Origin: a virus
Length of the DNA: 64,000 bases
IMG/VR virus record: IMGVR_UViG_3300042542_005394
Location: 32,001-96,000 of that record
Strand: one strand, 5' to 3'
The notes under the pieces are model-generated. The model worked only from the letters and a program-made list of their open reading frames with translations, made no database searches and was not told the origin of the DNA. The first letter of the stretch is position 1; each line of letters begins with the position of its first letter. Shown piece after piece: positions 49,959 through 58,469 of the stretch. The translations under genes were made by a program, and so were the position numbers.

Positions 49959-49967
49959 AGTACACCA
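49959..49967 (-). promoter_or_regulatory. GGTGTA motif (variant GGTGTAC)
   Basis: tGGTGTActa, 35 nt upstream of 49925. Confidence 0.5.
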
Positions 49968-49974
49968 AAAACGG

Positions 49975-50325
49975 CTATTTTTTAATCTGTGGTTTTTTCT
50001 TGGTTTTTCTGGTTACTGGCTTCTTTTTCTGTTTGGGAACCGTTATCGTTTCGGTTTTTGGAGATTCTGGGTGATTGTCTTTTTCTGAACTCCACCAAAT
50101 TTTTTTAATTTCTGTTCGTCCTTTAATATAGCGAAATAGTACCGCTAATTGACCTATAATCAAAATAAAGGCCTCAACTCCTCTACTAGTTTCTGCTATT
50201 AGATCTTCTTTTTGACCATGATCATCCAATAATCCCACTAGGTATAGACCACTAAAAATAAAACTTACTACGGTTAACCAGAATTCACTAGTTCTATAGC
50301 CGGGTTTTACCATATTAAACTCCAA
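49975..50325 (-). CDS. Holin-like two-TM protein
   Basis: KPGYRTSEFW N terminus, two TM segments, highly basic C-terminal tail. Confidence 0.6.
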   Translation of the reverse strand: MEFNMVKPGYRTSEFWLTVVSFIFSGLYLVGLLDDHGQKEDLIAETSRGVEAFILIIGQLAVLFRYIKGRTEIKKIWWSSEKDNHPESPKTETITVPKQKKKPVTRKTKKKPQIKK

Positions 50326-50355
50326 ATAAAGATAGGATTTATATATTTAGAATAA

Positions 50356-50364
50356 TATACACCG
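50356..50364 (-). promoter_or_regulatory. YGGTGTAT motif
   Basis: cGGTGTATat, 32 nt upstream of 50325. Confidence 0.55.
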
Positions 50365-50371
50365 ATTAGCA

Positions 50372-51010
50372 CTATACGTTTTGGTCAACAAATCCGAAGC
50401 AAACTGTGCAGTAATATTCGGCAGCTCCGTAATTAAACGTCACACTACTCATTGTTCCGTCGATTCGTATAATGTTAAAACCTTCTTCTCCAACAAATTG
50501 AGTATATTGTGTAGAATTTACTTGGTTTAGGTATATTGTTTGTGTGTTGGGAACAATACCGTTTGACGACCAAATAGGAGTAAAAGGTTTTGGATCACCA
50601 TTCCCATCAAGCACTTGTACGGGAACTGCTCCGCCCGCTTGACCAACACTTGCAAATGCAACCAAAGCATCCGTGATTGGTTGGCTAAATACAGCAGTAA
50701 ATACTCCCTGCTCTGTGTTTGCAATTTGATTACCGCTAGTTGGTACTCCATATTCTGCGGGAAAGAGTTCGGACGCAACCATTCCAGTATGCAAAAACAT
50801 GCCACCACCGTTCTGGGTAATATTGACTGTTATATTATTTTGACCAATTCCTGATGCTGTAGATTCCGTAATAGAATTCATTGTCATCCATTGAAAACCA
50901 GAACTTCCAAAAACAGGAAACACTTGTTCTGTTCCCAAAAATATTTTAGAAACATTATTATTACCTAATTTAATAGCAGATGTTACAGAATTATTTAATA
51001 ATATAGACAT
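50372..51010 (-). CDS. Fibre-tip/adaptor protein
   Basis: N-terminal IKLG...VSKIFLG..QVFP motif, then a beta-rich domain. Confidence 0.55.
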   Translation of the reverse strand: MSILLNNSVTSAIKLGNNNVSKIFLGTEQVFPVFGSSGFQWMTMNSITESTASGIGQNNITVNITQNGGGMFLHTGMVASELFPAEYGVPTSGNQIANTEQGVFTAVFSQPITDALVAFASVGQAGGAVPVQVLDGNGDPKPFTPIWSSNGIVPNTQTIYLNQVNSTQYTQFVGEEGFNIIRIDGTMSSVTFNYGAAEYYCTVCFGFVDQNV

Positions 51011-52084
51011 TTATGAGATAACATACAAAGTAGTAGAATTTTTAGTAACAAGAGCGTCGTAATTTGCTTGAGATATACTAACTATATTAGTAATATTAAT
51101 TGAATTTGGAACTAGTCCAGTATTACTTGGTACTCCAGCAGAAGTTTGAGTGGTGTTATCTGAGAATGTGATACTACCACTAGCTGGTAATGTTAATGCC
51201 CCATCTGTGCCAAAAGTCCAGAGATTGGTATTTGAATCGGTGCCGATCACAACATCTCCACCATCTTTTTCAATCTTAACATATTGATCATCATCACCCA
51301 AATAAATATCAACCGTCGAAGGATCTCCTGCCACAAGATGTACATGACTATGTTCTGAACTAGATATTCCATTATTAGTTACAGTAATAAACTGACCAAT
51401 GGGCATAGCATTTTCTTCAAAATCATAATATAAAGCTGGATCATTTTGAGTCTGTTCATTAGTGGATCTTGTGCCATCAACACTTGTTAGTGTAAGAGTA
51501 AATTCAGAAATAGTACTATTAGCTGGTATTGTCCAAGTAATACTTTCTGCCTCTGGACCGGTTGTACTTACGAAAGTTAGTTTACCAGTTAGTGCTCGAC
51601 CCAATGATTGTGGGGTAACTCCAGTACCAGAGATTGTATAGTTTACTGTTCCAAAATAAGACCAGGTTTGTAAAGTAACTATAATAGTAATAGGATTACC
51701 ATATTCAATATAATTACTAGAACTAATTGCCCAAATAGCTGCGGTTGGACGAATTACTAAACTCTGTCCAGAAGCTGCTGTTGGAGGCATTAAAGATACT
51801 GTATTATTTGTTTCACTGAATATGCTGCCGCTGGGTAATGTTAAAGAACCATTTCCAGTAAGTATAACTTCTTTATCGTCTTTAATTAATCTGTCTGATG
51901 AAGAACCTACGACTCCTATAGCACTAGTGAGTTCGCTTAAAGTTATTTTTTTAGTAACTCCGCTAACTAATGGACTGTCCATGAATAAAAATATATCATC
52001 GCTACTTAGTGATCCACTACCTGTTGGAAATTCGTTTATTCTTTTTATACTCATATTAGCCACCAACCAATGTTTGATCATCAA
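51011..52084 (-). CDS. Tail-fibre-like protein
   Basis: KRINEFP...TKKITL.EL N terminus, W.FGTDG.LTLP..G.I.F.D.T.Q, C-terminal ISQANYDAL..K...TLYVI. Confidence 0.65.
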   Translation of the reverse strand: MMIKHWLVANMSIKRINEFPTGSGSLSSDDIFLFMDSPLVSGVTKKITLSELTSAIGVVGSSSDRLIKDDKEVILTGNGSLTLPSGSIFSETNNTVSLMPPTAASGQSLVIRPTAAIWAISSSNYIEYGNPITIIVTLQTWSYFGTVNYTISGTGVTPQSLGRALTGKLTFVSTTGPEAESITWTIPANSTISEFTLTLTSVDGTRSTNEQTQNDPALYYDFEENAMPIGQFITVTNNGISSSEHSHVHLVAGDPSTVDIYLGDDDQYVKIEKDGGDVVIGTDSNTNLWTFGTDGALTLPASGSITFSDNTTQTSAGVPSNTGLVPNSINITNIVSISQANYDALVTKNSTTLYVIS

Positions 52085-52277
52085 CTAATTGTACAAAAAT
52101 ACCGTTATAGAATCTATTACCATATTTACTCTGAATAGAACTTATAGCTGGAGTATTTTTAACATTGGTATTATTAGTATTATGTGTTCCGGTAAAAGTT
52201 GTTGATGTAATCGTTGTACCATTTTTAATAGGTTGACTGTTTTTACTTTTAGCAATATCTGTGAATGGTCTGCTCAT
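52056..52277 (-). CDS. Small hypothetical protein
   Basis: 73 aa, GGAG RBS; weakly similar in style to the N terminus of the 53652-54203 protein. Confidence 0.55.
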   Translation of the reverse strand: MSRPFTDIAKSKNSQPIKNGTTITSTTFTGTHNTNNTNVKNTPAISSIQSKYGNRFYNGIFVQLVDDQTLVGG

Positions 52278-52295
52278 TTTTTATCTCCATTAATA

Positions 52296-52766
52296 TTATG
52301 ATATTTTTTCATAGCTAGCAAAGCCGGAAAGACGATTACTCACATTAGAGATTAACTTAATACTTTGACCCTCTGTAAGATATATCGAAGAAGTTTGTCC
52401 TATAACAAGATCAACTGTTTGACCAGCACTAACAGGAGTATATTTAGCAATATAACTAAGTATGTCGCTTCCATCATCAATATAAGCTGTAATTGTGGCA
52501 CTATTAAGACCATCTATATTTGTAACATACAGGTTATTAATTTTTAATACTTTATTATTCTCACAAGAAACAATAACCTGAGCCTGGGCGTCAAGAACAC
52601 TGTCGAATAACTTTGTTGTACCTCGATATACTTTTTTAATCAGATTTGTTCCATTGTATATCGCTATTCCATTATTTGATCCATACTTAATATTACTATC
52701 CGGAATATTAGAAATATGGGCATTTTCGCCATATACATTAAGTAAGTTTTTTAAATTAATATTCAT
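52296..52766 (-). CDS. Fibre-tip/adaptor protein
   Basis: IYNG...IKKVYRG..KLF motif, then V.NIDG.NSA.I...IA....V......L......IYL.EG..I domain. Confidence 0.55.
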   Translation of the reverse strand: MNINLKNLLNVYGENAHISNIPDSNIKYGSNNGIAIYNGTNLIKKVYRGTTKLFDSVLDAQAQVIVSCENNKVLKINNLYVTNIDGLNSATITAYIDDGSDILSYIAKYTPVSAGQTVDLVIGQTSSIYLTEGQSIKLISNVSNRLSGFASYEKIS

Positions 52767-52767
52767 A

Positions 52768-53178
52768 TTAGGTTACAAAATAAATAGTGTTGGAATCTTT
52801 AACAGAAAGGGCGGTATAGCTTGCTTCACTAATTACAACAATATTATTAACAGTTGAGGCACCGTTGATAGTTGTAACATCGCTTTTAACTAATCCAGTA
52901 GAACTTACAGTGAATGTCTTATTGGAAGAAGCAACATTAATATTTGCGCTTCCAACAACATTTACAACTGAGAGTAAACCGCTAACAGAACTATTGAAAT
53001 CGGTTATACTACTAGTTTGATGAGTATGACTTGTTAAGCTTACTCCAGTACTGTTAACATATAAGCCTTGAGTAAAATTACCACTGCCAATAACATCAAT
53101 AGAACCAGTACCAGCTATATTAAAGTTATTTAAATCTAGATTAGCTCCTAGTTTCGGATTTGTTTCATCTATAAGCAT
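52768..53178 (-). CDS. Short tail-fibre-like protein
   Basis: D..P.LG.NLDLN..NI.G.G, H.H..S.ITDF, C-terminal ISEASYTAL..KD..TIYFV. Confidence 0.65.
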   Translation of the reverse strand: MLIDETNPKLGANLDLNNFNIAGTGSIDVIGSGNFTQGLYVNSTGVSLTSHTHQTSSITDFNSSVSGLLSVVNVVGSANINVASSNKTFTVSSTGLVKSDVTTINGASTVNNIVVISEASYTALSVKDSNTIYFVT

Positions 53179-53218
53179 ACTATCTTCCTTTATATAAAGT
53201 TAATTATTGATTCTATTT

Positions 53219-53227
53219 AATACACCA
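53219..53227 (-). promoter_or_regulatory. YGGTGTAT motif
   Basis: tGGTGTATta, 42 nt upstream of 53178. Confidence 0.55.
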
Positions 53228-53236
53228 AATGACCTT

Positions 53237-53560
53237 TTAGCTTTTTTCAATACGATTTTCTATTGCTTCTAGTGTTTTACTCAACATTGCTATCTGTACT
53301 TTTAATTCATTCATCACTTCTGTGTTGCGTTGCAAAGCATTAGCAAAAGCTGCTTGATTTTCTTTATTATTATTTAAACGCTCCATAATAAATTGTCTAT
53401 CTTGAACATATGGAGAATGAGTTTCTATTAGAGACAATACTTCTGCTTTGGTAATCATATGTCTTACTATAGTAGCCCAAAAAGTAATTAGTGTTACAAT
53501 AACGCCAACGCTAGTGGTTGCTATAATTTGCCATAAATGAGCCAAGTTTGAATCTGTCAT
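53237..53560 (-). CDS. TM + coiled-coil protein
   Basis: Start at MTDSNL after an AGGAGAG RBS; N-terminal TM, C-terminal heptads. Confidence 0.65.
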   Translation of the reverse strand: MTDSNLAHLWQIIATTSVGVIVTLITFWATIVRHMITKAEVLSLIETHSPYVQDRQFIMERLNNNKENQAAFANALQRNTEVMNELKVQIAMLSKTLEAIENRIEKS

Positions 53561-53573
53561 ATTAGTCTCTCCT

Positions 53574-53614
53574 AAAAAAATGAGCCAACGACACATAAGC
53601 ATCATTGGCTCATC
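53574..53614 (-). terminator. Intrinsic terminator
   Basis: GATGAGCCAATGATGC-TTAT-GTGTCGTTGGCTCAT followed by a T run. Confidence 0.8.
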
Positions 53615-53651
53615 GTATTATGGTATTTACCTCGTATGAGTAATATACGAA

Positions 53652-54203
53652 TCAACCGGTTTTTGCTTTATAGTTAACCTCTACAGGAACGGGCTGACCA
53701 AGTTTGTAGGTTATAGTACCAGGAACAGATCGAGTAGGTGTAGCAGCATTATCTGTTGCTAATGTGTCAACGGTAACTGCTGGGAAACCTGAATCAAACT
53801 GACCGGTATAACGATTATACTTGTTGGCTCTGATTGCTGTTGTAAACTTACGAGTTCTTAAAACTTCTAGCTTATGAATACCTCTATTCAGAGAAGGTAC
53901 ATTAGCTCCACTTCTTAAAGAGGTGTTGCTAACACCACCTATTGTGGATGTGTATCTCATGCCGACACCATCTTTGTCTCCGTAAGCAAAAGCACCACCA
54001 CTAACAGCCTTATCTGCCCAGCTATTATCAAGAACTGTAGAAGCAAAAACTGTTGTATTATAACGAGAAACACCTACGTTAGTTAGTTTGCCAGAAGCAA
54101 CAGAACCGCCTCTAGCCACAACACCACGATTATTGCGTGATCCACTAGCTATTACATTTGGTGGAACGCTATATGCTGAACCATTTACTTTTTGTGTGGC
54201 CAT
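53652..54203 (-). CDS. Gly/Ala/Thr-rich basic protein, probably an abundant virion component
   Basis: GGAG RBS before MATQKV, own terminator, GGGTATA motif variant upstream. Confidence 0.55.
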   Translation of the reverse strand: MATQKVNGSAYSVPPNVIASGSRNNRGVVARGGSVASGKLTNVGVSRYNTTVFASTVLDNSWADKAVSGGAFAYGDKDGVGMRYTSTIGGVSNTSLRSGANVPSLNRGIHKLEVLRTRKFTTAIRANKYNRYTGQFDSGFPAVTVDTLATDNAATPTRSVPGTITYKLGQPVPVEVNYKAKTG

Positions 54204-54265
54204 TTTAATCTCCATGTGTTAGTAGAAATACTAATATAGTATACCCTAAATCTGAAAAAACTTGG

Positions 54266-54907
54266 TTATTTTTTAGATACCAACTCTAGAGCATTAAGAG
54301 AATTGACCATTATTCCAAACATACTACTTTTTTTGATAATATTAATTTGATTAATATTCCATAAATTACCATTACATATAATGTTAACAGATACTTTTTT
54401 ATTAATTAGGCCAGCGGCTAGTATATTATCATTAATATCGTCTAATAAATATCCGGTTGATGGATAAATAGTACCAACTCCTAAATCCAATAAAATTTGA
54501 GATACCTTATATAGTAGCTCGTAGGTAAACACCCGATATTCCAATATATACCTTAATTCTGCCCCATATTTTGAGCAAATTTCGCTATTTGTGCGAATAT
54601 CCTCTCTAAACTTATCATACTTTCTATTGCAAAAATTATAAGGTTGTGCTACAACACTTACTATTTGAGCACCATTTTTTAAACATGTTTCAACAGCCGA
54701 GCTTCTATTTTTAGTGTCTAATAGACCTAAAGGATAATCGACTATTGTTGCTAATCCTATTGAAGCCGGTAGAATATTTTTTGCTAATTTAACAGATGTT
54801 GGTAATACGGATATGGTATCCGGCTGAAAAGTAATTGCTTGTTGCAAATTAGTTCTTAGTTCATCATCAGAGAGAGATATATCATATGCTGAGTATTCGA
54901 TGATCAT
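54266..54907 (-). CDS. DeoC (deoxyribose-phosphate aldolase)-like TIM barrel lacking catalytic residues
   Basis: IVDYPLG, GA..V.VV, LRYILE, TIYPSTG. Confidence 0.7.
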   Translation of the reverse strand: MIIEYSAYDISLSDDELRTNLQQAITFQPDTISVLPTSVKLAKNILPASIGLATIVDYPLGLLDTKNRSSAVETCLKNGAQIVSVVAQPYNFCNRKYDKFREDIRTNSEICSKYGAELRYILEYRVFTYELLYKVSQILLDLGVGTIYPSTGYLLDDINDNILAAGLINKKVSVNIICNGNLWNINQINIIKKSSMFGIMVNSLNALELVSKK

Positions 54908-55584
54908 TTTTTAAACTTATAGGATTTTAGAAAGTCAATATTAGGATATTTCTTACTACCTAATACACCGTCAGCAAATCCGTATTCAACAGCATCGTCA
55001 GCCTTTAGTAACCAGTCACACTTACTAGCTAACTGAGAAACTATATGTTTCTTAGCCATCATTTTTTTCCAATTTTTTTGTTTGGACATTTCACTTTCCA
55101 TACATCTGTCAGAAAATATATCAACCATTTTATCACATTCTTCTTCATTCCATTTAACGCTGCTAGCTGCCGCTTTACTGTGTTCATCATTTAGGCTAAA
55201 TGAACCATAATGAATAAGCATCGTCACGTTGGGCATTAAAATTCTTAGTGGAGCAGCTTGCAGCACAACACTGCTAGATGATTCTACCTTTGCATATGCC
55301 AGTAAGATAATTTTGGATTTAGAAAATTTAATAGTGTCATAAATACCTAAACAATCTTGCCATTCACCTCCAGGCAAGTGCATATGAACAAGAATGGGTT
55401 CGTGTGATAATGTATTGAGATATCTGACATTCTTCTCGAATACTACGGCAGATCTATAGTCTACTCCCGGCTCTCCTGATTCTGATGAATCAAAATATGA
55501 ATGCAAATAGATCTCTCTGTTTTTAGTATCTATATTAAAATTTTGAATATCAGTTATGTCATTATCATTTAGATTTACCATCAT
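54904..55584 (-). CDS. clpP: ClpP-family (S14) serine peptidase
   Basis: REIYL, H.PGG....LGIYD.I, VESSSSVVLQA, R...PN...LIH, DW.L.A..AVEYG.ADGV. Confidence 0.8.
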   Translation of the reverse strand: MMVNLNDNDITDIQNFNIDTKNREIYLHSYFDSSESGEPGVDYRSAVVFEKNVRYLNTLSHEPILVHMHLPGGEWQDCLGIYDTIKFSKSKIILLAYAKVESSSSVVLQAAPLRILMPNVTMLIHYGSFSLNDEHSKAAASSVKWNEEECDKMVDIFSDRCMESEMSKQKNWKKMMAKKHIVSQLASKCDWLLKADDAVEYGFADGVLGSKKYPNIDFLKSYKFKK

Positions 55585-56009
55585 ATTTCTTGATCCAGGT
55601 ATTCGTAAACTTTGTCGTTAATATTTGTCATTACTTTTGCATCATCAAATACTTTCCCTATAGCTATCCTAAAACGATATCTTGTAAAAACATCTAGAGT
55701 TTCTACTCCGTCTGAAGTTTCAATTATATCGACTACTTTTCGAGACAGATTAAAGTTAGTATGACCAACCCAAAAATTAAAAATTTTACTACTAGCAGTA
55801 TTTTCGGTATATGGTATTAATCCCATAGGAGTGATGATAGCCTTTAGAGGTCCCTCTTTTAGAGAAGCGGTATCTTCTTTTGAAGAATAATCTTTTAGAT
55901 CATCATTATCTTCTTCGTCTATAGGATTTTCTAAAGGTAGATCATCATGACCAAAAGGATCAAACCATTTTTGCCAAACTATTAAATTAGAAGATTTATA
56001 CGTGCTCAT
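55581..56009 (-). CDS. Conserved-looking hypothetical protein
   Basis: FNFWVGHTNF, GVE.L....RYRFRI.IGK.F. Confidence 0.6.
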   Translation of the reverse strand: MSTYKSSNLIVWQKWFDPFGHDDLPLENPIDEEDNDDLKDYSSKEDTASLKEGPLKAIITPMGLIPYTENTASSKIFNFWVGHTNFNLSRKVVDIIETSDGVETLDVFTRYRFRIAIGKVFDDAKVMTNINDKVYEYLDQEI

Positions 56010-56446
56010 TTATACTGTTTGAAAACATTAGATGGTTTAATTAAGGGTTTGAAGCTTTTGCTCTGTACCTTATCATAATACTCAACCCATTTATCGAGAA
56101 CCTCTTGAACAAAGAATATATCGTATGCGTTATTTGCTTTATGAACATCATATAAAGTATCTATGATATCTTTTTTAGCTAATCCATTATCTATTAAATA
56201 TATCATCTGAGCATATTGCTCTGCTATAAGTTTTATTGCTGGCTCATTAAGATTTTCTAATTCTGGCCAATAACACGTAATATTTATTAATCCATCAAAA
56301 CCCAGCTCAAAGTTTAAACTACATAAAAATTTCTTATCAGGAATAATCGGAGATGGTTGTTCTTTTTCTATAGTATTTTCCTTAGATTTTTCTATGGTAG
56401 ATGTTTGAAATCTAGATAATAGCCAAACTAAAATTTTTTTAAACAT
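56006..56446 (-). CDS. Hypothetical protein
   Basis: 146-aa ORF coupled to its neighbours. Confidence 0.55.
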   Translation of the reverse strand: MFKKILVWLLSRFQTSTIEKSKENTIEKEQPSPIIPDKKFLCSLNFELGFDGLINITCYWPELENLNEPAIKLIAEQYAQMIYLIDNGLAKKDIIDTLYDVHKANNAYDIFFVQEVLDKWVEYYDKVQSKSFKPLIKPSNVFKQYK

Positions 56447-56858
56447 AGTATAATGCTTTACGAGCTAACCTATCTATGATTGATATATTTTTACTTATAT
56501 AGTATGTGTTTTTTAAGGGGGTGTTAGGAGGTATTGTGCAAGCGTATGATATAAGAATGTTATCTTCTTCTTTGGTTACATCTATTAATTTTGTATTTAT
56601 CCAACCAAATCCAAGACTAACGTGTTCTTCAAATAGTTTTTGCAGTAATGATTCTATTGACCCTTTGTCTTCTTTTATTTCTGTCTCTAGAGGAGTATAT
56701 TTATTATCTTTTAAGGATACAAAACATTGCTCTGAGGAGAGTAGATTATAACTAACTATATAAAGACGTAACTTAATATCACACATACTGTTTGATTCTC
56801 GACAATCCCTTTTGTATATTTTGGCGAATGGCTTCTCTAGTGACTCCAAACTCTTCAC
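56439..56858 (-). CDS. Hypothetical protein (true start probably MCDIK), possible degenerate Nudix fold
   Basis: ORF within the operon; fold call speculative. Confidence 0.45.
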   Translation of the reverse strand: MKSLESLEKPFAKIYKRDCRESNSMCDIKLRLYIVSYNLLSSEQCFVSLKDNKYTPLETEIKEDKGSIESLLQKLFEEHVSLGFGWINTKLIDVTKEEDNILISYACTIPPNTPLKNTYYISKNISIIDRLARKALYYV

Positions 56859-57363
56859 CTATCTCAGATAAAGTCTTATCTTCAAAATAATATTGCTTAA
56901 TCTGCTCGGCCTGTTTTTCTGTAATCAAACCACTATACATTATATCGTCAATATTCTGTCTTAGGTTTTCATGATACTCTTTCTCTTCTGCCAAAATAGC
57001 TGGATCATACTCCTGTTTGTCTGCCAAATGATCAGCAAAAGAAGTATCAAATTCTGGATTCTTATTTTCTAGAGACAGATGATTATTCTGCTTCTTATAC
57101 TTATTGGTTATATAGGTTTTAATAGCCCATATGCCGCATTGATTTCTATAAGAATAGCGAGTTTTCTTTTTGCCCTCGAAACCTGTACGATCTTTGTCCC
57201 ATTTCCAGTCTCCTACCATAATTGCAGAAGCTATATCTGCTATAGCATCTTCATTAGATAGTAATTCTTGTCTTAATGAAGAGTAGAATGATGGGGCAAA
57301 CTTAGATATGATCTTTTTAGCCAGAGTAATATACGTAGACAAGCTTTCAAATTCTTTTTCCAT
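56779..57363 (-). CDS. Sigma70-family-like factor (regions 2 and 4)
   Basis: Region-2-like segment and C-terminal HTH KTLSEIGEEFGVTREAIRQ..KGL..IK. Confidence 0.8.
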   Translation of the reverse strand: MEKEFESLSTYITLAKKIISKFAPSFYSSLRQELLSNEDAIADIASAIMVGDWKWDKDRTGFEGKKKTRYSYRNQCGIWAIKTYITNKYKKQNNHLSLENKNPEFDTSFADHLADKQEYDPAILAEEKEYHENLRQNIDDIMYSGLITEKQAEQIKQYYFEDKTLSEIGEEFGVTREAIRQNIQKGLSRIKQYV

Positions 57364-57399
57364 TTATTTTTCCTTTTAAAGAGTCCTTAAAACCAAATC

Positions 57400-57828
57400 T
57401 TACTTACTGAGCCTTTTCCATGCATCTGGGTCGGGTCTATCTTTATCTCCAGGTTTAGCTGGTCGATATTTCTTTCCTTCCCTTTCTCTTTTCTTGCGAA
57501 TATTTTCCCAGAGTCCGGGTTTTGATCCGCTTAGAGCATTATCGTCATGATCCGAGACGTACATGACAAAATCGTGTATAGTGCGCATATAATCCTCAGT
57601 TATGGCGATTTTACCTTGTAGCCAGCTTTCTGTCAAGTTTTCTTTAATTTTTGGATCGCTAACAGCATCTAGTATAGACTGAGCGTTAGCAACTATAGCT
57701 CTCAGAGAACCAATATTCATCTCATAAAAATCTTCTTTATAATCTTCTAGATTATCATTAGACGAATGTGTTTTGTTATGAGTTAATACTGTTTGTATAG
57801 AGTTCAATATTTGGTAAAATCTATTCAT
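57400..57828 (-). CDS. Hypothetical protein with basic C-terminal module
   Basis: LTESWLQGKI...DY...HDF and KPGLWENIRKKR...RP. Confidence 0.6.
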   Translation of the reverse strand: MNRFYQILNSIQTVLTHNKTHSSNDNLEDYKEDFYEMNIGSLRAIVANAQSILDAVSDPKIKENLTESWLQGKIAITEDYMRTIHDFVMYVSDHDDNALSGSKPGLWENIRKKREREGKKYRPAKPGDKDRPDPDAWKRLSK

Positions 57829-58469
57829 AATATTTTATCTTTAAGCTTATTAAATAATAATTTTGTTAATTTTATTGAAGCATTATTGTCTGATGGATAA
57901 TGAACACCTTGTAATACCCTAGCCTTTGCAGTATTTTTAACCAATACATCCAATTTTTTTTCATCCACTTCCGGATAATGATGCTTAATAATTTGAGACA
58001 CCAAACTACTATACACCGTATGTCCAGATGGATATGCTGCCGTATGATGAGTATCAGTTACTATAACATCAATATCCAGATTGTAATATTTGGCCAATTG
58101 AGCAGGTCTGGGCCTGTTCCATAAAGACTTAATATTAAATATAATAGGTTTGATAATATTGTAAAATTCTAATATTTTAGGATATGGATATTCCAGACCA
58201 TATTGTTTAAGTAATTCAATAAAAAAACTATCAGGATCTTGGTCCATTCTTTTTACTAATTCAATATCTTTATCATTTCTATTTATAGTTGATCGTGATA
58301 CTAGCTGTAATTCTAAAAAAGTCTCTTTACTAATGTTAGACGGAGGAGCTTCTAAAATTTTCTTCCAATCAAAATCTACTATATCAGCAACGGGCTGCTC
58401 TACATATACAGTATCATAGCCTAATGATTCGATTTCTTTGTATTTTATCAACGAGTTTAGATTGATCAT
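57825..58469 (-). CDS. PAP2-superfamily phosphatase (soluble)
   Basis: K....RPRP, YPSGH, R...GVHYPSD. Confidence 0.88.
   Translation of the reverse strand: MINLNSLIKYKEIESLGYDTVYVEQPVADIVDFDWKKILEAPPSNISKETFLELQLVSRSTINRNDKDIELVKRMDQDPDSFFIELLKQYGLEYPYPKILEFYNIIKPIIFNIKSLWNRPRPAQLAKYYNLDIDVIVTDTHHTAAYPSGHTVYSSLVSQIIKHHYPEVDEKKLDVLVKNTAKARVLQGVHYPSDNNASIKLTKLLFNKLKDKIL

Noticed and set aside
8651-58017. Intragenic TACACC copies at 8651, 32239 and 58012 as promoters
   Set aside because: They lie 180-280 nt from the next start inside coding sequence and are compatible with chance occurrence
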